NCBI GenBank assembly: GCA_964016885.1
Contig: OZ024743.1
Span: forward strand, 348,688,001 to 348,752,000
Source of the DNA: Eledone cirrhosa
Taxonomy: Eukaryota
DNA: 64,000 nucleotides
Reading direction: 5' to 3'
Shown: positions 54,092-64,000 of the stretch, piece after piece
Layout: each line of letters begins with the position of its first letter
Position numbering within the stretch: position 1 is the stretch's first letter
Notes under the pieces: model-generated
The model's input: only the letters and a program-made list of their open reading frames with translations
Told to the model about the DNA's origin: nothing
Database searches by the model: none
Program-made: the position numbers and the translations under genes

Positions 54092-57000
54092 TCAACTTTT
54101 CCATCTCTCAAAATACAGACGTACATTCACGCACCTTTCAACAAACTTGCTAGAAGGCAGCACTTGCCTCTCCACCCTGATTTTGCTCTTCAAGTGAAAC
54201 TTGAAAAAGTTAATTAGGGATTCGCCGAAGAGGAAAGTGTATGTCTTTAACCCTTTTAACCTTGTCCACCACACAATCTCTTTCGCCTTGGCCACCAGGC
54301 AGATGAAAACCGTCTGCCCTTCTTCCTCGAAAGAAGACGGCGAGACCATCTGCACAATGGACTCAGTCGACAACCGTATCAGACCTACACGCGACAGCAT
54401 CTGTTCGACATAGATCCACAAGTCAGCAATGCTCGGGCACTGAACGAGTGCGTGCTCGACGGTTTCGTCGCTCTGCGCGCATCTCGGACAAGCTCGGCTG
54501 ACGGCACTTCCGTGCCTGAAGAGCTTATCTCGAACCGGCAGCGCTCCCCGGTAGCACTGCCAGGCCAGGGATTTTTGGAAGTTATCCATAGGTCCCGGAC
54601 AGAAAGTTCTCCAGAAGAGAGCATACAGCTGATCTTCTTCGACACCCAGAATCTCTCCGAGAATGTCGTCGCACTTCCTCTCCACTAGTTCTCTACAGAA
54701 CGCCGAGGTGGATGTTCCACCGATACTGGTTCCCAGCTGGCAGAGGGCAGTGAGCGCCTGGAGACATTCCAGTTTCCAAGCGCTATCCCTCGGTCTTTTT
54801 CTGACCCAGGACTGCAGCTCCGTCAAGGAGACGAGCTGTGGGAAAACTTGCCTGGCGAACGGCGACCACACCTGTTCACCATCAAGGAAGCACCAGAGAT
54901 GTCGCAGCCTCAGCGCATGTTTGCGCATCATCAGCCATGGCATGCCCACTCCTCCACGCAGCGGGTGTTGACAGCAGATGGATCGTCTGACCATGGGAGC
55001 GTGTCCCTTCCACAAAAAGCGGAAGAGTAGGCGCTCTATTTTGGTGAGAGTTGGGCTGGAGCAAGGGACGACGGTGAGGCGGTAGCAGATGACTGATGTG
55101 ATGTACGCATTCGCCACCTCCGCCCGGCCTTTCAGCGACAGCTTCCTCTCGGCCCATTTCTGGGTGAGGGAGGCCACTCTGCTCGTCGCCTCGTTCCAGT
55201 TTTTCCTCCATCTGGAGGTCCGGTCCGAACCACACCCCAAACAATTTAACCGGTCCGTCCGTCCAACGCCCCTCGACGCTGTCGAACGGCATGGACATGC
55301 CTCTCCATGTGCCGAGCTGCAAGCCCACCGACTTTTCCTGGTTTATCTTTGCTCCTGTCACCGCTTCGTATTCCTAGGGAGCGGTGCCGAGTATCTGGAC
55401 GTGTCTGGTGCTCGACACCACCACGGTGACGTCGTCAGCGTAATCCGACTCGGATTTCCCGCATCCTAGTTCGCATGGGACGCCCCTCATCGCCCCCAGT
55501 TTGTGCAGTAACGGCTCGAGATCCAATACGTACAAGAGGGACGAGAGGGGACAACCTGGCGGACTGAGCGCATGATGATGAACGGCTGCGACAGGTGACC
55601 GTTCACCCTCACAACTGAGCAGATGTCGCTGTACATTGCTGCATTCCAACCCCTGAAAACGGGCCCGAAACCAGCTGCCTCGAGGACCGCCGCCAGGTAC
55701 CGATGGTCGACCCTATCGAATGCTTTGGATTGATCCAAGTTGATAAGGGCCCCACCCTTGCCAGGTTCCTTAACCACCGTCTCTATGATATATCGCATGA
55801 GGTGGAGGTTGTCGTGTATGAATCTGTCCGGAATGGCGCATATCTTCGCCTCTCCCCCCAGACCCTTGACGACAAGCGCCAACCTCGTTGCTAACACATT
55901 GGCCAAAATCTTGAACTCTGCGTTTAGCAGGGCTATGGACCTGAAATTATCGATAACATCCCCCTTGTGCGGGTCTTTTCTCAGCAGCGCCACTGCTCCC
56001 TGGCTCACAAAGCTGGGAATGCTCCCGTTCTGCTGCCAGTTGCAGTAGACGTCTGCCAAGAGGTCACCGAACAAGTCTGGCATAAATGCATAAAGCATGA
56101 AGGGCAAACCACCCACACCTGGCGATTTACCCCTTGTGCAGTTAGCCATCGCTTCCCGTATTTTACCGGCTGTTATTGGCTTTTCGCAACACTGTGCTGC
56201 GTCGTCGAGGGCCGAGGCAGTCCGTCGAGGTACGCACTGAAGTCCATGCCCCGATCCGGGCCGCCGCTGCTCCCGAACAGTTCAGCAAAGTGCTTCTGAA
56301 AAGCTTCACACATCCGCTCGGGTTCGAACATCACGCACACGTTTTGGTCAGACAAAGACCGAATTTAGGCTTTATTGCCACGTCGCGCCTCTGCCATCCG
56401 GTCCCATTGGACGGCTGTCCTAAACACCTTTTCTAGCTTTCTGACTATCTCTCCCTCTACTCTATTTTCCTCTGTCACTACTCCTTTGCTAAACCTAATC
56501 AACTCTACTTTAATTGCCCTCTTCGGTGAATCGCCACCTGTTGTTGACGACCGCTCCCGTCAACGCCCGCTTAACTAATACACTAATCCGGTTTCTGTAG
56601 GTTTGCGCGCCGGGAAAGACGCGTTCAGCTTCCAGTAACCAGGCCCTTGTCTATGAAGTCTGACTATGTCGATCTCACAGATCACACATTTGTGGTCTGT
56701 GTAGTCGACTATATTAAATTGTGGACAACTTATACTAACCTTATCTAGTTCTCTGCAGAATACCCTATCGAGATACGATCTGGATGACACGATGCGGTTG
56801 GTCCATATCCACATTGGCACATTCGGGTGATCCAGTCGATACTTGTCTGACAGTTCAAAACGTCTGAGCAGGTTGGTGACGCTCTTGCACCCTGCTCCCC
56901 TATCCACTAGCCCCACACGATCCCAGCGTGCATCCAAGATACCGTTCCAGTCGCCCACTATCACTAAAGAGCGGGACGTTCCAAGAAAGGTCTCTAGACG

Positions 57001-57373
57001 GCTGAAGAAATCTGGCCGTCCTGCCCCTATTGGGGCGTAGACGGCTACTAGTCTGAAAGCATTGCCTTCGCTGCCGGTCACGTCCAGCACCACCGACTTA
57101 CCTTCTGGGTCTAGGAAGATCGGCCGTATGGCGAGATCCAAGCCATCTCCGAAAAAGGACGGCAACCTCTCCCTCCGATCCTGGACGGCTGGGAGATGCG
57201 TATACATCGTAGCCGCCGAAGATCGGTGCGAAGGCTTGTGCTTCGGAGATTCTGGTTTCACTGATGGCCACCACATCTATGTTTGGTGACCTGAGGTCGT
57301 TGAGCAGGTGACCCTGCTTCCAAGATGACCCCAGGCCACGTGCATTTATACTGCCTATTCTGAGTACGGCCAT
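54092..57373 (-). pseudogene. LINE ORF2 (APE endonuclease, RT, C-terminal zinc finger), multiply frameshifted
   Basis: IGSINARGL..DVVAISETR, GDWN, SYLDRVF, DHK, GYWKLN, KSPG.GGLP, NFRSIALLNAEFKILA, LDQSKAFDRVDH, YADD, CPRCAQSDETVEHALVQC. Confidence 0.93.
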
Positions 57374-57405
57374 GTTGGATGAGAAACGGGGCAAGTGAGA
57401 AAGGG

Positions 57406-59420
57406 TCACTTACCTTGATCGTGTGGTGAAGGGACAGTAAAACCGTCACTTTCGCTGGTCATGGGTGTTTCCAAGAGGATGTCAGTGTATATGCTCTTGG
57501 TAACCGACCCTCTGAAGTCTCCAACTGCGTTGGGGAATTTTTGTTTTATAGGTTTGTACTGTTCTATTGAGATTTCGATGATGCTTATGTTTGTCGGGAG
57601 AGTTCTTGTGTTGGTGTAGTAGTTTTTTTCTGTGATGTCTGTGTGCTGCTTTATATATTGTATGAGTTCTTTTTTTGCCATGTTTATGGCTGTTTACTTT
57701 TGGGGGGAGGGGTGATTTTGTTGCTGTTTTCTTTTTGTTGCTGTTTGGTCTGTGTGTCTTGTAGTGTTTGCGTTGTTGGTGTTTGTGGTGATGCTGTTGG
57801 TGGTGTGGTTGTTGTTGTCAGTTGTGCTTGTCTTGGTGATGTTGGTGGTGTTGCTGCAAGTTTCCTTGCTGCCTTTACCCCTCTTTGTATGCCTTCGCTT
57901 TTGGAGGGTGAATCTAAGGGTTTTTTGTTTTTTGTTTTTTGTGGGAGACCTTTTTCCACTTCACTCCCGCCTCAAACTCCATATCGGATTCTGTGGCGTC
58001 TGGGAGGGGTATGTGCTCCACGGCTGTTGGTGGTTGTAGTGGAGCCCTCTTCGGCAATTTAGTTGCTGGTGTAGCTACTTCAAATGTAGCTATTGGTGTT
58101 GCCGCTACTGATGATGATGCTTTAGTTATCCGTGGCCTTGTTACGGTTGCTACGGTCGTTGCCCTCCTACTTACCGTGGAGGGGCTTCTTCGTTTGTTGC
58201 CTGTCCTGCTCTTGGTAGCAGCGGACCAGGTATTGGAAGGAGAAGGGCCCCTCTTCGCTGTCTTCTGCGGGCAAAAGGCCTTGAGGTGACCCTTCGACCC
58301 ACAGAGATAACATTTTGGCCGTCTTCCTTCTACACTTATAGGGAGTTGCAGTCCTTCTTCGATGTCTATGATATCGAGGATAGCCTCGATACATTCCTGG
58401 TCAGTTTGTATAAGCATTTGCATGCCTATACCTGACTAGTTCTCTCTCCCTATTTTTCTACTTGCAGTATGGCCGCCCTGTTCTCAATTCCAGCAAGGAC
58501 AGACGCGGCGAGCCAAGGTATGGGCACGTCGGGTGGGACCTGGGTCACTTTGACCCTCACAATTTTCTGCCCGCAGTAGGAGGGCACCAAGACTATCTCC
58601 TCACTCTTTAGGGTTTCCAAAGAGTGAGGGGGGTGGTGAAAAGTACGTCTACTTTGGCGTACTTTCTGCCACGTGTGATGTGGGTTTTCCGTGCCCAGAC
58701 GCACCCCAAGGCCTTTGGGATTTGAGCCTCCGTGGCTCTCTCCACTCGATGTGAGACTTTGCTTACGGTGCAGTAAGTCACCGTCCGTAGCTGCTGGTCC
58801 TTGAAAAAATCGGGTGGAGGTTTCAGGGAAACTCTATTTGTGCTTCTTGTCACCATGGCCCTTGCGACTGCCATCTCCTCCTCTGTGACTAACACTGTCT
58901 CGATATTTGGGGCGACACCTGCAAAAGAAGTGGTCCCTTTTTCAGCAGCACCACTATTGCTGCCGCTACTGGTCTTACTGGTGGTGCTGAGATCGCTATT
59001 ACAGGTATCGGTGTCATTGTTGTTGTTTTCGCTGGTACAGTTGTTGGTGTTGTTGTTGTTGTTTTCGTTGATACTGTTGCTGTTGTTACTGTTATTGTGG
59101 CTGTTGTTATTATTGTTGCTTTTGTTGATACTGTTCCTACTATTATTGTTGTTGTGGCTGTTGTTATTGTCATTGTTATTGTCGTTCTCGACTTTACCGC
59201 TGTTATTTTTGTTGTTGCTGTTGTTATTGATGGTGTTGTTGTTGGTGTTGTTGTTGGTGTTATTGTTGGTGTTGTTTGTGTTAGAAATATTTGTTAATTT
59301 TAAATCTGTAACAATCTTTTTTTCCTTTGTAATATTCTCGTTTATATTTACCTCCGCTGATAAAATCTCCCTCTCTCTGTGTTGTCTGACAGCGCTCTCT
59401 CTCTTTCTTGTTTTATCCAT
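57406..59420 (-). pseudogene. LINE ORF1 (gag-like, CCHC knuckle, Asn-rich N-terminus), frameshifted
   Basis: MDKTRKRE start, poly-Asn tract, GRRPKCYLCGSKGHLKAFCP zinc knuckle. Confidence 0.82.
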
Positions 59421-60299
59421 GTTGAAATTTTTCAAAAGAATTTTTTTACACAAATACGAATACGACACCCCGTAAAGGGGTGCCGTATTATTTACTAGTG
59501 AACCCCTGTATTAGGTGGGTCACTTCTTCTAAACTTTTACCTAATTTAAAACTTGAATAAAAGGTTTAGAACGGTTGAAAAAAAGGTAAACCGTTGAAAA
59601 AAATTGGAGGCGATAAGAAGCGTGGCTTCACCAACAATAATAATAATAATAATAATAATAATAAGGGAAGAATACGCACATGGGGTATAGGGTCGTATGG
59701 AATCGCTCCCGTAATTTTTTGATTTTTTACATATTTAAAACAATTGTGATAGAATAATTCTTATTACAAATGGGACATCAGATACCAGTCTTAGCTCTCA
59801 GGAAGTTGCAACGCAAAAAATTATGCTATAGGGCTCCAATATTTAATATTTAATTTTGTATCAGAAATGTTATAGTAAAAAAATAAAATGGTTACAAATG
59901 GTCACAAATGGAAGAAAACAGCCCAAAATTTCACCACCAACACCACCACAACTACCACAAAAAATTTAGCTTGATACAACAACACCATCACAACACAATC
60001 CCTACTTCCCTCGTAGCTAAAATCAAAAATAGCAGCAGCAGCAACAACAACACTAGTAACCGATGTTACTGGTCTTGAAAGACAAAAAGGAAAAAAACTA
60101 AAACTAAATCAGACATTCAAACATTACAATGAAAGTTATGTTTATTTTTTAAAGTTTGTATCTATTTGTTTGTTTATTTATTTATGTTCGTCTACAGTGT
60201 GATGGTGCCACGCTAAAATCACCGGGGGTGATGAAATCACCGTTGGTTATGTAACCGTACATTCACCAATCCTCGATATGAGTGTTTAAATGTCGAATC

Positions 60300-63200
60300 T
60301 AAACAGTTCGAATAACGGTGAAGAGTAGACTGGAACATCATGTGAAAGTCACTCGCCCAGCAAGTGCTTCCTGGCCCAGCAGTAGGGACCTGGCTGCCCT
60401 CCAAATACTGCTGGTGTTGGAGAAAGAAGAAGAAGGATCGGGACAAGAACAAACTGGACGAAATAATTGAATGTTACCTGAAGAGTAACCCCATGGAGAA
60501 AAAGCTATAGGAAACGGATGCATAACATCTGGAACGAGATTGGTCTATTTAAATTAGATGAACAAAAATTGGCCGGGCAGGCTCGGGTAATAAGAACTAA
60601 TGGTTGGATAAGCGTGTTGGAACTGGAGGAACTGAACAGAGAGATTAAGTTGGAAATGGAGAATGGAGTAAGTCAGGCAAGCGAGCCAGTAGGAAATGAA
60701 GGTGAAGAGGTTTAGAGACCTGAGGAAGCATACGAAAGAGACAATGATCTGAATGCTGAAATACATAACTGTTTCTACTTTAGGCACAGGGCCAGCACAT
60801 ACCCAGTGCATTACTGGTACTTTATTTTATCGACCCCGTAAGGATGAAAGGCAAAGTCAACCTCGGCGGGATTTGAACTCAGATCGTAAATGGACGTAAC
60901 TATGCTGGAAAGCATGGCGTCCGACCCTCTACCGATATTGCCAATCCACAATACATAGCATCTGCAACCAAGATACGGCCATTGAGGAAATGAATGCTGA
61001 CGGGCGAGGACAAGATTTGGTTGATATCCTGAACTTAGTGGTAGATGAAATGAACAATGATAGTGGAAAACCTATGAACCTAAGATTTGTAGACAGGAAG
61101 AAGTTAAAAGAAACAAGAGCTAAAGTAAACAAAGTCATCCCATACCTTGAGGCGGGGAACCTTCACAAATGCAACAATATCCTTAAAGCAACAGCAAATG
61201 CGGTGAGGAAATTACTTGGCATAAACCGAGAGGAAACAACAAACAAGAATGATAAGAACCTTGGTGGAAGAAACGACAGAATGGTCAAATCAAGGAAATG
61301 AGAAAAGACATTGGACAACTTGAGTCCCTACTGAATGGGACATTACAAAACATAGACACTAAAAATAGATTGGAAATAATGTACAAAACTAAGGGGAAAA
61401 AGCTAAATATTATCATAGAGGAACTGAAGCAACGCATTGTAGCAAAAAGTGCAAAGATTAGGCGGTATGGGAGCAGAGTCAGTCAGTATAGACAGAACCG
61501 CATGTTTGACAACAGGCAGAATATGTTCTTTGGACAGCTTGAAGGGAAAGAAAGAGGCAACGACTTGATCCCTGAGGCGGAACAGTCTAAGACATTGTGG
61601 AGAGGAATATGGGAGCAGGATGTTGAACATAATGGTCAGGCAGTGTGGATTGAGACAGTACAAAAGCAGATTAGTGAACAAACACACCAACAAACTGATT
61701 TGAGTATCACAGTTGAAACTCTTAAGGGGCAGGCCAAACAACTAACCAACTGGAAATCACCAGGCCCAGATGGTGTGCGGTGGTATTGGATTAAAAATAT
61801 AACATCCCTCCACCATAAACTGACAACAATGTTCAATGACTGCTTGATGTCGGGTGAGGTACGAGAGTGGTTGACAAAAGGTACCATAGTTCTGGTAATG
61901 AAAGACCGAATCAAGGGTAATGATGTTACTAACTATAGACCAACACATGTCTGTCCATAATGTGGAAACTGTTAACAAGCATTGTGTCTGAGGAAATCTA
62001 CCATCACCTCCACATAAACAACTTGTTACCGGACGAACAGAAAGGATGCCGAAAGAAGTCCCGTGGTACAAAAGACCAGTTACTTATTGATAAGATGGTA
62101 ATGAGGAATTGCAAGAGGAGACACACTGGTCTTGCCATGGGATGGATAGATTACAAAAAGGCATTCGACATGGTACCTCATTCTTGGATAACCAAAAGCC
62201 TAGAGATATTCAAGGTGGCAGATAACATCTGACAGTTGTTGAGCAAAAGTATAAAGTCCTGGGAAACAGAGTTAACATCGGGTGGAGAATCCTTGTGAGG
62301 CGTGAAGATCAAGAGAGGTATCTTCCAGGGAGATAGTTTGTCTCTTTGTCCTTGCCCGTTACCCTGACCATGATATTGCGAAAGGTGAGAGCAGGATACA
62401 AGTTGGGAAAAGGAGAGCTTACCATCAACCACCTCCTCTTCCCGGACGATCTTAAACTCTTTGGGAAGAGTGAGAAGGAGTTGGATGTAGTTGTTGAAAC
62501 TCTCCGTATTTTCAGCAATGATATATGTATGCAATTTGGTATTAATAAGTGTGGAGTCCTAGTGATGAAGCGGGGTAAATTGAGCAGAAGCCACGGAATC
62601 CATGTACCAACAGGTGAGATGATAAAGGAAATTGACACTGAAGAAGGATACAAATATGTAGGTGTTCTTGTGGTAGATGACATCAAGAACAAAAAAATGA
62701 AGGAATTGATAAGATCTGAGTATATTAGGAGAGTAAGGAACGTATTAAAATCACATCTAAATAGTAGGAATGTCATAAGTGCAGTGAATTCCCGAGCTGT
62801 ATCTATTATTAGGGAATTCTGAAATGGAATCTTGCTGAACAAAAAGAAATGGATAGGAAGAGTAGGAAGCTAATGACTATCTACAACATGTTCCACAAGA
62901 GGAGTGATGTCGATAGACTCTACTTAAAGAAATCTGAAGGTGGAAGAGGTTTTATCAGCATAGAGGACTGTGTTCAGATGGAGAAAAACAACCTGCACAA
63001 ATACTTGCACAAACACTTGAGCCAATACTCAACATTGTACTGAAGGAGAAGACAATTGACCAGGGATGTCCAAGTAGGAAATAACCTTCATGAAAAACCC
63101 CTTCATAGTACCTTCTTTTAGAAAATTGAATTTAGAGATCCACAGATATGGAACTGGTTAAAAAGAGGAGACCTTAAAAATGCTACAGAAGGAATGCTAA

Positions 63201-63893
63201 TGGCTGCGCAAGAGCAGGCCCTCAGAACGAAGTGGGTGAAACACCATATTTACAAGGAGGAGGTTAGCCCACAGTGTAGGATCTGTGGGGAGAGAGAGGA
63301 GACTGTGGCTCATATTGTATCCGAGTGTAAACACCTAGCCCAGACTCACTATAAAGGTTGGAGACATTATGTGATGGGCTGGGTGATCCACTGGCACCTA
63401 TGCAAAGTAAACAATTTACCACATTCTGAGAAGTGGTGTGAGCATCAGCAAGAGTCGGTGATAGAAAACGATCAGGTGATGGTGCTATGGGATTTTAGGA
63501 TACAGCCAGACAAGAAATTAGCACACAATAAGCCTGACCTGGTGATTTTGGACAAGGAAAAAAGATCGTGCCTGATTGTAGATGTAGCCTGCCTATTTGA
63601 CACGAGAGTGCAAGAAAGGGAGAGGGAGAAAATTAACCGATACCAGGACTTAAAGTAGGAGGTAAAAAGGATTTGGAACTACCATGAAATCAAAGAACTA
63701 TGTCAAAGAGTTTCCAAAGATGGTTAAAGAAAATTGGTCCCGCCCCGCTTTTTGGAACACTTCAAAAGGCATACTTGCTGGGCACAGCATAAACCCTCCG
63801 ATATGTCCTGAATATCTGAGGCTGCAGGTAGCGGCTTGATATTCATTTCAACAAACTTTCCAGTTAACTAACATCAATGACTGAGACTCAAAG
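60300..63893 (+). mobile_element. Near full-length R4/Dong-type element, disrupted (5' boundary approximate)
   Basis: [80 protein letters not shown]; ends at (TAA)n. Same family as 47391-49212. Confidence 0.92.
60770..60949 (-). mobile_element. Full-length main SINE inserted into the Dong ORF, 10-bp TSD
   Basis: AATACATAAC (60760-60769) and AATACATAGC (60950-60959). Confidence 0.93.
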
Positions 63894-63910
63894 AATAATA
63901 ATAATAATAA

Positions 63911-64000
63911 TAATTGTTTCTACTTTAGGCACAATTCCAGCAATTACCCTGTGCATCACTGGTACTTTATTTTATCGACCCCGTAAGGATGAAAGGCAAA
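63911..64000 (-). mobile_element. Main SINE (partial, runs off the window), tail-to-tail with Dong across (AAT)n
   Basis: Tail and core match. Confidence 0.9.

Larger units (their letters stand above)
53796..59635 (-). mobile_element. Near full-length Tx1/L1-clade LINE, frameshifted, flanked by (AAT)n at both ends
   Basis: ORF1 plus APE-RT-zinc finger ORF2; AATAAA near the 3' end; (AAT)n at 53767-53795 and 59636-59663. Confidence 0.93.

Noticed and set aside
58801-59475. Leu-rich plus-strand ORF resembling a membrane protein
   Set aside because: Antisense of the Asn-rich (AAC/AAT)n region of LINE ORF1.
60330-60420. HDV-like ribozyme in the Dong 5' region
   Set aside because: A hairpin (CCAGCAGTA/TACTGCTGG) is visible, but I could not assign the nested double pseudoknot by eye.

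Overview
AT-rich, microsatellite-dense, non-coding animal DNA with no confidently identifiable host exon. The tRNA-derived SINE family and repeat landscape suggest an octopus/coleoid cephalopod genome (inference). Contents: about 15 copies of a ~185-bp tRNA-head SINE; several Penelope-like element (PLE) remnants (RT and GIY-YIG); a near full-length but disrupted Tx1/L1-clade LINE plus a second 3' fragment; four R4/Dong-type RLE LINE pieces; and two RTE fragments. Most six-frame ORFs are microsatellite artefacts. Three signals stand out. (1) At least five sequence-unrelated type I hammerhead-ribozyme motifs (about 10 intact-looking copies plus decayed ones), most in PLE pseudo-LTR-like, ORF-less units. 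One is a 462-bp tandem-plus-inverted array with a palindromic stem III, a U.U stem II closure and covarying stem I. (2) Apparent 3'-tail sharing between the main SINE and the Tx1 LINE, and between a second SINE fragment and the Dong LINE. (3) Microsatellite association: (TAA)n with Dong and Tx1, (TA)n with the PLE units. All structures and alignments were derived by eye and need computational confirmation.
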